Origin: Epithemia pelagica
Lineage: Eukaryota; Protista; Bacillariophyta
Length of the DNA: 64,000 bases
Assembly: GCA_946965045.2 (NCBI GenBank)
Contig: OX337238.1
Coordinates: 3,038,001 to 3,102,000 of the forward strand
Direction of reading: 5' to 3'
A program made the translations under genes and the position numbers. Shown here piece by piece: positions 12,311-25,037 of this stretch. A model generated the notes under the pieces. The model worked only from the letters and a program-made list of their open reading frames with translations. It ran no database searches and was not told the DNA's origin. The stretch's first letter is position 1, and every line of letters begins with the position of its first letter.

Positions 12311-13144
12311 GGTGGTGGGCAACTCTAGCAAAGAATCGTGAAAAAAGTGTGCACTGATTGATGTGCGAAACAAATCATTTTTAACTCGATGCGTTGATTT
12401 ACTGATCGAGATCGACAGAGGGTACACCACGAAAGTAGATCTGGCGAGACAACTTTCACACATGTAAAATATGATGGGATTCGATACATGCGAAAAAGAA
12501 GATGGGTTTCGTGTGTGCGCTTTTGCTGTAAGGGTTCTTATTGTTTTGCTTTTTGCGCATCATGCCCCTGCGAGTGCGAAAGAACGCAAGCACAAGAGGA
12601 ATAAAAGATCGCCTTGCGCGACGAGAAGTCGTGGAAGGACTGAGATATATTAGGAAGCGCGCGTCGACAAACAACCCTCACATTTCAGTCGCGTTGTGCG
12701 ATTCATCATCCAGCCACAGAACAAAACTCATGTTGTGCAATCAAATCATAGTCGTCCCATTCTTTTTGTGAGACACAATCATTGATGGACAAGTCTACGA
12801 GATGTTCTCGTCGACTCTGCGAGCAGGTGCTGAATGGTTTGTATGGTGTCAAAAATAACCAAAGCTTTGCTAAAAGCGACCTCGAAATTGAGCCAGCGAT
12901 GGCACATTCACGCCACAATAAATGATAATTATCAACATATGCCACACTGTACCTAACCTTCATTACCTCGCTGTGTGAGATTCAGTCAAAGGATCCATGA
13001 AGAATGCGACTTGAATTAATAGAAACTATGGACTTAAGCCTTTTATGAGAATGTGACTTGGATCAAAGAACCGTGCCCTTTGGTATTTTGATGTGATGGG
13101 CTTCAAGAATGGAGAATGATTTCCGGTCCCTCTGATAGCAATGC

Positions 13145-15787
13145 TTACCCTGTGGTAGTAGCGTCGGTTGTATCTATAAATGTTGTTGTTGGTTCCCCAG
13201 CCTCAGTGGAGGATTTTCCTACCGTGGGTGCCAATTTCAAGTGATCTCGATAGGGTCGCAGGGCTTCCAGCATTTGTTGATAAGGCGTAATATCTTCCCA
13301 TTGTCCGGCCAAGAAAGATTTGAGCATTCCAGCTCCAAAGCCACTCAAGAGAGTGACACCTAGTTGACTACAGGATGTAGGCTTTGATCGAGACGGTCGT
13401 AAATTCCAGAACACAATATGTGGAATGGCCTCTGGATCGTACCCAGCTTGTTGATATTTGGATTGAATTTGTTCATAATCCGTTTCCCACTGCAGGTTGC
13501 CTCCTCTACGACTGGCTTCATCAAATTCCATATCTGAAAAACAAAACAAGGTCGTAGGCATTTCCTCCTTGGGAACCTTCCAAAACTGCGCCGTTTCCAA
13601 AATAAGATTGAAGACCGACTGAAAATCAGTATTGAACCCCCAGTCCATATCTTGAATCTGCAAAGCGCGCGATGCCAAATTGTTCAAGGAAGGAGGATCG
13701 ACAGTATACAATTGTGGTCTCGCCGAGAAGGACACAATCTTGCCCCGCCAAGGTGACGACAAAGGTTCCAAATCGGACACCAGCAAGGACAAGGCAATGG
13801 CCACACTCATGGGTTCACCACACATGGATCCCGACACATCGCATATAGACATGGAGCGGGGAGGGAGTGCACCTGTATTGCGAATATCTTGAACCAATTG
13901 AAGCCATTGTAGATTTGACTCGTCCTCATCCAACGAACTCTGGCTGCTACTACTAGCATAGGCTTTGTCGTTGTAGAGATTGACATCCTGTTGGACATGA
14001 GCAGACAAGGCCTTTTCGACAATCTTGTGAGGCAACAAGGCACCTGCCTTGATCTTGTTGGACAAGGTGGTAGGAGCACTATCCTCCTCTTCCGACTGTG
14101 GTTCTTGCTGTGCCATCAAGACTGCCTGTGCTTCCGACTTGGCCTCTTGGAGGTATTCATGATATCGTTGGGTATCGTGTCGCTCGTAAATGTGTCCATG
14201 GATAAAGCGACAATTCGACGGCATGCGATGGTAACTGACCAAATGCCACGATCCGGAACCAATATAATGTTCGGGAATTTGCGCCGCACCGCGTTGGCGC
14301 GACACTTCCTTGCGATACCAATCACGAGCAAAACTCAAATAGTCGTCGTACGTACCATTCGGCCATTGATGAATTGCCGGGGGATACAAACGTTCGACAA
14401 TGCCATTCACAATTCCGGTACGGCGATCATGCGATTTTTTGATCGTGGGGGCCCATTTGGCGGGCAAGCCGGAAAACCACGGTACGGGCAAGGGTTCGGT
14501 GGACGAGTCAGTGGCATTGGGATTGTTGTTGTGCAGGTGTTGATAGTGTTCATCCAATCGTTCCTTGTCGTGTTCCAATTCCTGAGCAAACAAGTCTGCT
14601 ACGGCATTCCACAACCGTCGATAGTCTTGATCCGTGTCCAGCAAGCTCTGAGCATGCCGTTTCAGTTCGCTGTGCTTTTCCTGTCGTAACACCCGTGCAA
14701 CCTCTTGGCGCTCGCGGCTATACATGGTTTGGAAGGATTTATAGGCTGCACGAATGTCGTCGTCCACCCATTGGATGATTCGTTGTCCACCGGGTTTGTT
14801 GTGATTACCCTGTTGTCGTAGGGGTTCCAAGGTAAAGGCATTGTGAATGGTATATCCCCCTTGTCGGAAGAATGACACATAGTCTGGACAGGCAAAAAAA
14901 ATCCGTACCAAAAATGGTAGTGCACTACCTGTGTCAACATCTTGATAGCGTTGTTGAAACAGTCGTTGTTCTTGTGCTTCTTCGTGTTTGCGTCGTTGTT
15001 TTCGGGACCCATAGGTCCCTATAATATCGTCCAAGGCGGTTGGTCCGTACGCGACCAAGACGAGCAAATCCAAAATGGCTTTCCAGCACGTCAACTCGGC
15101 AATGGGCCGTAGATTTTGAATCACGGTATCGGGCGTTGTCTGGTACAACCAATAGAGGGCTTGATAAAAGTTGCGGCGATCCGACTTGCCCTGACGAGGA
15201 TCGCCCAATTGAACAATCAATTGCAACGTGACATGTGGATCTTCGGCCCACGCCTGACGAAGCAAGTGATGCAATCGTCGGACCCGAATGCCGGGAACGA
15301 CGTCAAAATACAAATCGACACAGGCACTGCCCGTGGCCCAATACGTGAGAGCGCCATTTTCGGTCCATCCCAATTGGGCTACTCCAGTAGTGGGCGTGGA
15401 GTTGGTTGTGGATGCCGTGCTGCTACATATGGTGGTTGGCCCATGGTCCGTGTCGCCATCAGTACCATCGTCGTCGTCGTCATCGTCGTCGTAGTAGTCG
15501 TCGTAGAAGTAGTAGTCGTCGTCGTCGTCGTCGTCGTCGTCGTGAATCTGGGTTTCGTCGTTGTCCTCGATACTGCTGAGGAGAGTCGTACTGGTGTACC
15601 ACCCACAACCAGTGCGTTCTTGTGGCATGCCAACAAACTGACTCACAGCAAGAACAGTAGCTGGTGAGGATCGTCGAACGGTGCCGTGTTGCGCCGTGTG
15701 TTTGTCATGCTGCACACGATAGGAGGGCCTCGTACCAAACGCTGCTGTCATACCTCCAGAGGATCGAGCCGCGAAATGGCACATCAA
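13145..15787 (-). CDS. DUF2828-family protein (TROVE-like helical domain + C-terminal vWA), copy 1
   Basis: 880-aa ORF with TENGA, SACVDLYF, DPRQGKSD, KWAP, KAGALLPH, MIDAS-like CDVSGSM, FSDMEFD and FWNLR, which are the recalled DUF2828 hallmarks. Confidence 0.88.
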   Translation of the reverse strand: MMCHFAARSSGGMTAAFGTRPSYRVQHDKHTAQHGTVRRSSPATVLAVSQFVGMPQERTGCGWYTSTTLLSSIEDNDETQIHDDDDDDDDDYYFYDDYYDDDDDDDDGTDGDTDHGPTTICSSTASTTNSTPTTGVAQLGWTENGALTYWATGSACVDLYFDVVPGIRVRRLHHLLRQAWAEDPHVTLQLIVQLGDPRQGKSDRRNFYQALYWLYQTTPDTVIQNLRPIAELTCWKAILDLLVLVAYGPTALDDIIGTYGSRKQRRKHEEAQEQRLFQQRYQDVDTGSALPFLVRIFFACPDYVSFFRQGGYTIHNAFTLEPLRQQGNHNKPGGQRIIQWVDDDIRAAYKSFQTMYSRERQEVARVLRQEKHSELKRHAQSLLDTDQDYRRLWNAVADLFAQELEHDKERLDEHYQHLHNNNPNATDSSTEPLPVPWFSGLPAKWAPTIKKSHDRRTGIVNGIVERLYPPAIHQWPNGTYDDYLSFARDWYRKEVSRQRGAAQIPEHYIGSGSWHLVSYHRMPSNCRFIHGHIYERHDTQRYHEYLQEAKSEAQAVLMAQQEPQSEEEDSAPTTLSNKIKAGALLPHKIVEKALSAHVQQDVNLYNDKAYASSSSQSSLDEDESNLQWLQLVQDIRNTGALPPRSMSICDVSGSMCGEPMSVAIALSLLVSDLEPLSSPWRGKIVSFSARPQLYTVDPPSLNNLASRALQIQDMDWGFNTDFQSVFNLILETAQFWKVPKEEMPTTLFCFSDMEFDEASRRGGNLQWETDYEQIQSKYQQAGYDPEAIPHIVFWNLRPSRSKPTSCSQLGVTLLSGFGAGMLKSFLAGQWEDITPYQQMLEALRPYRDHLKLAPTVGKSSTEAGEPTTTFIDTTDATTTG
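15470..15543. repeat. (GTC/GTA)n trinucleotide microsatellite encoding a poly-Asp/Tyr linker
   Basis: Direct reading: gtcgtcgtc...gtagtagtc, translated as DDDDDDDDDYYFYDDYYDDDDDDDD. Confidence 0.9.
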
Positions 15788-17223
15788 AGAGCTCGTACGA
15801 CTGCGACTACAATGGAATGTGGATCGAGCAAAGTATACACACCAGGATTGTCATTATGATAATAATATGGCACAAAAGAAACCGCAACCAAAGCACAACA
15901 GAAAAACAAAACAGTGAGCAACCAAAAGAAGAAAAAAAGAAGCGTCTCCATCCAAAAACTCTCGTTGCATGTGGCTTACCTCATGGTGAACCGTCCTGTC
16001 TTGGTGATGGTTGTAGTGGTCGGAAGGATCCAACTGGAAGCACCATATTGCATGCTGCTCCAACTCAAAAGCATCATGCCCAGGACTAATCGGGCGCAAC
16101 TGCGATTGTGCATTGGAACGAAACCCAACAATGAAATCATTTGATTGGTTTTGTTTCGATTCGAGTCGCAAATGAATACTGTGGTTCTATTGGGATTTGT
16201 TGCGAAACCGTATGGAGGATGCGATGGACAAGCCAAGCACACGTTTGAAACAACAGAATCCAATCCGCAACAGGGAAAAATGTCTTTGGGATGACACCCA
16301 GTCGTGGTGGAAAAAGATCGCAGTCTCTCTCTGTCTTGGGTGAGACTTAGTAATGGATGGTTGTTTCACCACAGTTCTCTCGCTCTCTCGCTCTCTCGCT
16401 CTCTCCGTTGTTTCGGGGTTTGGGTACACGACGACCTTCCCACAAGGGTCGCTTCAAAGTCTCAAGAGACGTCATGGTGATTGGATTTTTCGGTACTCTG
16501 CCGGGGAAACGTGCATGGTCGCGCATCGAAAAAAAAAAGATACCACATCCCTGCGCTCCATAACAGATCTGTTGGTATCAGAAATAAGACACTCAAATTC
16601 CAACGCGCTGGGGTGTATGTAATGATGCACGGCCATACCGACAGACTGCCGCGTGTTGATGTTGATGGGGAGTCGCGCGATCTGAATGTCAGTCGCGTCT
16701 ACAGGCGCGTGGGCGTGGTCGACTTCCAAATGCGACTGCTTCGCATCAGATGGGCCGACGTGCACGTCTCAATTTCATGGGGTGGAGCGCTCGCGAAAAA
16801 GAGGAGAGCGAACTATAACATGACACAGTTCGCGTTTGCTTCCGAACTTTGGCTTCGGGTTTTCACACGCAACCATCGGTCAGGTTCGCTTTTTCCTTTC
16901 TTCCTTACCGTACGACACAACAGAGAACCAAATCGTGTCGACAATCTCTATGGAATCATCACCGTCAATCCAAAACGACAAACGACCAATTCACTGCGAG
17001 GCGTAGGTTGATGCTGGATGCTTCGCGTTGTACCATTCTGTGGGGGAGAATTCATTCCTAATGTATGTGTAATGTCGGCCCTTGATTCTTAAATGATCCT
17101 TCTCAAAACTTGAACCACAGGCACGTCGAACGGCAACAGTCATTATGGAAGCAAGACTTGACAGTGGTTGCACGTTGCACCAAGCCATTAAAAACAAGCT
17201 AAAAAATTTAGAAAACCAGAACC

Positions 17224-19766
17224 ATGTCTCCCTCCCATTTCCTTCGACGGCATGTCGTCGCTCTCCTGATCCTGGTCGACCTTGGATCCATACCAACGTT
17301 GCGTTCCGTCCATGGCTTTGATACAACCGCATTCGACGCCCTGGTGGCCAAGTTTGAAACCGATACCAAAGAATTGGCCCACGAAATTGAACGTGTCTAC
17401 GCCAACCGATGTGCCCAAGCAACCATTGACACCTGCATTCGTGCCAACTATGGCGAGTGTCAAACCACAGCCTATCCCAACGAACAATGCCTCGGTGGTC
17501 CCAGCTTTCAAATTGATCCGTGTGGAACCCAAAAATCGACCAGTTGCGCGGCCTTGTGGGACTCTACTGTCACGTGAGTTCTCATTTTAAATCCACAAAG
17601 ATGAATCCGAGTGGAGAGCCTTTGAGACTGATTGATTGTCGTATCATCTCTCATCTCATGTTTTCTCTTATCTCGTTATTGTTTCTTCGTTCGCTTGCGT
17701 TACTGTTGTGGTTCTTTTTGTATGGTGGGTTCTCTTTTTCAGAACCGTCCGTATTCCAGGCCAGGATGCGGTAGGAGTTGACGGAAACCCAACCAATCAT
17801 CAATTGATTGAATCCATTTGCTTTTCTCGATACCTCGATGAATGGTTTGTCAACAAACGTGCCGCCGACGCTGATTATTGGAAATCCTTGAATATTCAAC
17901 CGCGCGACATGTACTTTGGTAGCCATACCGGTGCCTTTCGTATCTTTCCGGCCCGACAGTCGCAAAGTTGCGGCGTGTACGATCCTCGGTTACGGCCATG
18001 GTACGTGGCGGGAAGCAGCGGATCGAAAAATGTCATTTTGATTTTGGATGTATCTGGATCCATGGGCGATAAGAACCGTCTGCCCATGCTCAAGTTAGCC
18101 GCCAAACGAGTGGTGTCGACCTTGACCATTTCCGACCGGGTCTTGATTGTTCCCTTTTCGACCAATGCGCAACCCATTACCACCCAGGATGGATACATGT
18201 TCCGCGCAACCACCGACAACAAGGCATACTTGTCGAATGCCATTGATCAATTCAGTGCCCAAGGCAATACCAACTTTTACGATGCCTTTGACAAAGCGTT
18301 TGGTGTATTTGAAAAGTCGGCGGCCCACGAAATCACAGCCAGTTGCAATTCGGCCATTTTATTCTTCACCGGTACGCGCCCATTACGCCATTGTCAAGTC
18401 GTTTCCTTTGTCGACGAAAAACATATAAAGTCTAACCATCGGCGCTTTCTTGTTGGGATGAATGTTCTCTCTATCATGAACAGACGGAGAAAATTCGGAC
18501 GATAAGAACAATCCGGCAATCACAGAAATGATACAGCAACGGATTTCTGCCATGTCCGACGAGACGAAAGGACATGCGACATTGTTATTCACATATAGTA
18601 TTGGACAGGACAACAAGGCGCACACCTATCCTCATGATCTGTCCTGTGCCGTGGACAATGGCTTGTGGTCCAAGATTGGCACATCCAGCGAAATTGTCGA
18701 TTCCTTGTCCAATTATTACCAGTTGTTTGCCTTGGGATTGGGTTCGGATTTGAATCAAGACTTTGCCGCATGGGTGGAACCGTACCAATTCAAGACGGGC
18801 AATACCTGGGGCACGGCCGTGTCGGTGCCAGTCTACGATCGAAGCCAAACTCCTCATTTCTTCTTGGGTGTCGCTGGGGTCGATGTGCCCCTCCAAGCCT
18901 TGGATGCCGCATTGGCGTCGTCGAGTGCTCCCGGCACGTCGTCGCAGCAAATTCGCGACGAAAGCATTCGACAAATAGTGCAATCGTCCGATGCCAGTTG
19001 TCCAGTGGAATTGCTTTTGGACGATTGTCAGCTCCAAGCCTTTCGCATGTTGAGTGCTCCCAATAACCAAGCTCTTTGCGAGTCGGCCAATTGTACCGAC
19101 GAACCAGCACAGCTGTCGTTGCTCCAAGTCCAAGAACAAGCCTGTCCGGGTGCCTCGGATTATCCTGCTCGTGTCTTTATCGACGGTGCCTACTTTACCG
19201 GTTTGGTAGGTGCAGACCCTCTTTTGGATTATCAAAATCGAGCCTGTTGTTTGGTCAATGAGGATACCAATCCCTTGTCCTATGAAGAAGTGTGTCAAGA
19301 CAATCCCGATGACGATGATGACAATAATACCGGTCTGATTGTCGGTGTGTCGGTTGGTGGAGTAGCCTTGATTTGCGTGTTGGTGGCTTGCATGACGTAT
19401 TGTTGTAACACGGCGCCCGATCCAGATAGTACCAGTGGCCCGAACAAGACAAACACTGCCACGGTTTCCCCCGAAACAACGACCACAACGGTCCTCAAGA
19501 CGACTACTACCAACAACAACGCCCCCGAATCCTATCCAGCCTCTCCGACATCCGCGACCAGCACCACGAACCAGTTTTCCAGCACCATTGGCATGGGACC
19601 TCCACTCACGCAACAACTCGAAGAGGAGGATATCTTTGTGGGATCGACACCATCAACCACCACCGCAACCACAACGGGCTATGCGCATCCATCGTCCAAT
19701 CCAAGTTGGATTCCGCCCTCCATGAACGACGCCACGGCACCCTCCTTGCGAGAAGCCAATGTCTAA
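17224..19766 (+). CDS. alpha2-delta (CACNA2D)-like type I membrane protein: signal peptide + VWA_N/Cache + vWA + TM (753 aa)
   Basis: Exons 17224-17573, 17743-18371 and 18484-19766 sum to 2262 nt in frame. Motifs YDPRLRPWY, MIDAS LDVSGSM, spliced FFTDG and GVAGVD. TM GLIVGVSVGGVALICVLVA. Confidence 0.88.
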
Positions 19767-20795
19767 TCAAAGGAACTGGATGCATACATACATGAACATA
19801 TATATTCATGCACAACTTGTCTTGAAACGGATTGAAACCCAAAACAGACGGTCCGTCCATCCGTATAGACACTCTGCCAAAAATCATCTTGTTGCACCAG
19901 TAGTGGTGGTTCTTGTGCTGCAGAATTGCATTGTAGCTTGATATTCATAACAACGTAATATACTCTTTTCCATTAGCGAATCGATCGACAGTCCTTCCAT
20001 TCCAAATCAAATCATAGAAAGCAATCCAGGATGGTCCGACCAAGACGACGACGACGACAACTGATTGGCACTTGGTTTTTTTTCACACGATACCACCCCG
20101 ACGAGATTGACGACAGCACTTGCTTCGTCTAGTAGTGAACCATGGTAGGGGTGGTAGCCGAACATTCATCATCTCTTGAAGTGTTCCGAGCTACTACTCC
20201 TCTTCACTTGACCATTCCTATTGTTGTATTGCCGACTCTCAAGCTTGTTTTATGATTCTCATGGTGTTTCCAATACGCCATTGCTCTTTCCGCATTCCAA
20301 ATGTGGATCCAAAGATTTTGATGGCTGTGCGCGATCTTGGAATAGAGTATTCACTCCCCAGCGAGATCTTTCGAGTGTCTGAGAAAGGGTACGGGATCGA
20401 AAAGGTTGAATCACGGTTCGGGAGTCAGGTCACGCGCGCCAGGAGTGTCAGACGGTCGCCCTCGCGTGACAGCCGCACGGCGAGTCACACGCGGGGAATG
20501 ACGCCCACAAAATAATAGAGAACAGAAGGCATCACAAGGTTCGTTAACGAATGGAAGACCATGAGCGAGGCCGTTGAACAGAGGAGACAAACACATGAGA
20601 CTCGGTATTACTATTATTTGAAGTTGGGAGTGGAGTCTCCCATTCATTCTTTGTGGTGCCACAAAGTTTTGGTAGACTCGTTGCATACGCAAAAAAGTCT
20701 CAAAGAGTCTGGCAATCTTTGGAAACTTGGGTTCCTTCTCTCTCTGATTCGTGCTGCTGCTGCTACGACCAAGACTTTTGCTGCTGCTGCAAACC

Positions 20796-23708
20796 ATGGT
20801 ACTACCCGCACTCCAAACCGAAGCTCTCTTGTCGGGACTGGCCTTTCGCAATTCCGACGACAAGGACCAAACACCCCAATGGATCCAAAGTCCATGGCCT
20901 CCCATGTTGGGAGGAGGACGATCGGGTCATGCATCCATTGTCGTGGAAGAGAAGAATGATTCTACCGAGACTGGCCAACAAACTGTCCTTGTCGTCCTGG
21001 GAGGATTGGAACTAGAAAAAGAAGAACGCGTCGATTGGGGCGGTGCGTATACCAATTGTACCAATTCGGTCCTTCTCTTGAACCTAGGAGGAGGTGGAGG
21101 AGTTCAGAACCAAAAGCGACTGAAATGGAGAGAGGGACCAAGACTTGGATGCCGGCGATATGGTCACGCGGTGGTTCTTTGTAACAAGCGCATTTACGTT
21201 GTGGGTGGAAATGTGGAGTGTATTGAAACGATTGACTTGACTACCTTACTACGACCATCTTGTTGTGCTCTCCAGCCGTACTGCCATCATGATCCAGCCG
21301 CCTGGAAAAGTGTAAGGGGCTGTGAGTTGAGCGAACGGAGAATTGGATGTGCCGCTGCCGTGGTGCACAACCGTTACATTGTTGTGGCGGGAGGACACAA
21401 CGGACATTATTTACTGGGTTACACGGAAATTATCGATACCGTCGCCAAGACTGTAGTAGCAGGACCGTGCACCGGTGGGAATCGACTCTCGTGTGGAATG
21501 ACAGTCCTGGGGAATCGAGTCTATGTTGTGGGTGGTTCGGATAAGCGTGGACATGCCACGGAATGTTCTGTAGAATATCTGGAATTCCAAATGGATATGG
21601 ATGATACTGCCGACGAAAAGACAAACAAAGATGCGGCTGCCGATGATGATGAAGGCAACAAGACAAACATGGATGATCCTAAAGCCGCCATGAAAAAAAT
21701 CTTCCCGGGGTGGTGTTGGGAAAAGCATGAGCATCTCGTTCTTTCGGCTCCCAGGACCTTTTGTGAGATTGCAAAAGTAGGATCCTGCTTTGTCATTGTT
21801 GGAAGGCTCAATGGCTCCAAGGGATTGATTTCGGTCGAGGTTTGGGATACCGAGCGCGATATCCAGTGGACGTTTCCACAACAGGCTGCTGTGCAGAATG
21901 ACTTTAGCGTGGTATCCCTTTCCAGTGGAATGGCATTGATTGGTGTAGACCAAAACGGCTCGAGCTATACATTAACGTTGATGGACGCAAAAGCATACCT
22001 ACAGGTACGCGCTTTTGTTGTTACTCACTGACTCTACTGGATCGGAACCAATCCCCATTCTCACCAGTTTTGCTTCTATGCGTAGGATATGTTCTCGTGT
22101 CGAGAGGAACTTGAAACAGCCATTAAGAATACCCAGAATACAATTCATGAAGCAAGCCTTGAGTGTGAGGATGTAACTGTGTTGCAACAGGCGGCCAAGG
22201 CCGAAATGATACTACCATTCATGAAGTCACTCCGCAATCATGGCAAGTTCCGTACCGTACAGGATTTGCAAGAGGAAATTTACGACCTCAAGGGCCAAGT
22301 TCTCGAACAGCCATCGTTCCGGGAACGAATTCCATTGGCCAAACGGATTGGAGTTCGGCAGGAACTGAAGGCCAAGAATTTTGCTCTACGGGAAACTGCT
22401 GACGAGACTGATCATGCGGCATCCTCCGACGCTTCCTTCTATCATCAACTCGTCAAAACAAGCGACGCAAACGTTGGTTTCAAGTTATTCCAACTGGCAA
22501 ATCTTGTTTCGAACCCCCATCAAATGAAAATATTCTACACTTTTGCAAAGCAACTGTATCGCGCGAAACAAATCTCACATGATGATTGGACACGCTACAC
22601 ATTGAATGCACTCCAACAAGTGTCGATGAAAATTGCCAGCAGGTCAAACGAGAAGGCCCAAAGTTTGATGAAAAAGATTGTTGAGAAATGCCAGGAAGAT
22701 GGAATTAACGTCAAGGAAAACATCATTTCTTGTCCCGCAGCTTCGAAGAATTCATTATCGTCCGAGGAGTGGTCTCGACCTGATTGCTTTCCAAACAAAC
22801 ATGAATTTCGAGTCGGAGAAGTCCTTCCACTCTCCGCTGGGAAAGCAAGCAAAACTCAAAGTAGCAGCAATCATGATCGTGTTTTGGCCCAAGTCCAAAC
22901 GCTGGGACGGGCTCTCAAAGAGTACCATTCGGCCGTCGAACGAAACGATCACGGTACCATTGCGGTGGCTATCATTTGTTCGCTTTTGAATGCTTTGGCT
23001 TTTGCTTCATTATCCACTCGTTCGGCACTACATGCTCATGAGTCTCTTCTATCCACGATTGTGGACTACGCGGACATTGCTCACATTTCCTCCATAGTCA
23101 ATGAAAGTGGGAATCATTTGTTGCACGACGCATACAAGGAGGGATGTGACATTGTGGAACAACAAGTCTCTCGTGTGCCGGAGGATACTTCTCAACGCCG
23201 TGTGACGAGAAGCACGAGCAAGAATAGAAAGAAAGACTTGTCCCAGGGCACTGTCAAGGCAAACGCGTCCATCATTTTGACATCTTCACTTGGCCAGTTG
23301 GTTCCGGCAGCCGAAAAATGGATGATACACATCACCGAGGTTACAGCAACAGACGACGAGACGCGTTCTTTCGATACGGGATTAGAGGCCGTGACCCTTT
23401 TGGCGTTGGGTTTTACGATCAAATTCATGTCTCTCTTTCCTTCGGTGAAATCAGATCATTCTGCCAGTACGGAGACCAGGACGACATGCGTCTCATCGAA
23501 AGCCACTTCGCGTCCGGCAGTCATTGATATTCCCAATTCTTCCTCCAGCACTTTGTCAATGTTGGAGGATGTCCGAGAATTATGCATGTCCATCGAGTCT
23601 CGAATGGATACACTGGAAGAAGAAGTGAAGAACAGGAACGGTTTTTCGGAATTACGTTGGAAGTCGGTGGTGGACCTGATGGACGAGCATTTGGCCGACT
23701 CTGCCTAG
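20796..23708 (+). CDS. Kelch-repeat protein K2 with coiled-coil exon 2 and a long unique C-terminal region
   Basis: Kelch repeats in exon 1; phase-0 intron 22005-22085 (GTACGC..TAG). Exon 2 starts DMFSCREEL and contains KFRTVQDLQEEI, shared with K4, K6 and K9. The 5' end is uncertain: the hydrophobic leader upstream of ATG 20796 is preceded by an in-frame TGA at 20745, next to a TC repeat. Confidence 0.8.
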
Positions 23709-24142
23709 TGGTACTAGAGGCCAATGCATATGTGTCAACGATTTGAAAATAATGATTACTAAGAACCATAAGATTCGATAACAATTTCGCCTATTCTCTC
23801 TCTGGATAAACTCGTAAGTGTACATGGGAGCTTCAAGTGGAGACGAAATGGCTGTAACTTTAATGTGGTGTATTGGTCACGCTACCGACGATCGACGCAG
23901 AAACTCATGCGAGCGAGTGCAATGCCGCGCATGCGACATGATAAGAGCTGGGTCGGTGCGCACTGGAGTGTGGGGTAAACCTGATATTATCTGATAACAG
24001 AACGTAGATCTATCTATATGGTTTCCATACGTATTGAAAAGATAGGTAGTCATAACAAAGGAGTACAGTCTAACGTAATTAGTGTAGCTAAACCCACCTC
24101 CACCCGGTCTTTCGACCACTACACTTAGCACTACTAGCTAGA

Positions 24143-25037
24143 CTAATCTTCTACTTCGACTTGGAATACATCGAGGTCGTTGTTTTCGATACGAAGCTGG
24201 ACCAAATTTACCACCGCCCCAAAAACCACATTGTGCCATCCAAGGTCACCTCTGTATTTGTCTTTTAGAATGTTGTACCTTTTGAAGTAGCTGTTGACTA
24301 CTTCATGTCGTGCTCTTGCATCAGCCATCATTTTGTCCATAAAGTTGTTGTGTCCAGACGGTGTAATGAAGTATTCTCCACCATCATTGTAGCCTCCATC
24401 TGCAACCATCATTTCCCCTTCATCCACTTTGTCTATGAGCCAATCTCTGCTGATATTGAGGTCTGCCCATGTCCCACAAGGGTATGGGCCATTCCACCAC
24501 ACAATCCACCCAGTGTTGATGCATACTCCAATTTCATAACGCAGCCCAGGTCCCTTGAATTTGTGGGAAAACCACTTAGGGTCAAATGGAGCAGGCTCAA
24601 AAATTCTAAAGTCTGTTCCATCAACAGTAATGAAGCAACATTGTCCTTCTTTTCTTGCATCATATCTATTTTCCCATTTTATCTAAAGAAAACAGGACAA
24701 AGATGGTGAGAATACAATGCTGACAAACTGGTACACGCCGTCCTCATGAACACTTACCAGTACTTACATACTTATGAGCCATCAGCTTTGTCACTATCTT
24801 ACTCCACTTTCTAAAAGTCTTTCTTGTTGTATTTGCAATTGCCACCAGGACATCTTCTGAGGCGTAAACCTTAAGGTAAAGAAGTCCCCACAACAGGTGG
24901 AATGGCTTCCCTCCTCTTGGCAGAAGGTTCTCTATTTCGTCCCACACATGCACACAAAGAGAAGGGGTTAGACTGAAATAGCCTCGAAAAGCTCTATGAA
25001 ACTCATTTGTTGTTGGATTTCCATTCTTCCCCATCAT
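24143..25037 (-). CDS. Harbinger/PIF DDE transposase
   Basis: Exons 25037..24768 and 24682..24143 with intron 24683-24767 (GTAAGT..TAG). Spliced protein carries VDGTD, WFSHKFKGPGLRYEIG, WADL, ADGGY and RARHEVVN. Confidence 0.88.

Noticed and set aside
13991-14689. Long antisense ORF mirrored by 28780-29442
   Set aside because: Shadow of the two near-identical DUF2828 genes; no independent motifs.
18585-19616. 343-aa minus-strand ORF
   Set aside because: Antisense to the well-supported alpha2-delta-like exon 3; no recognisable domain.
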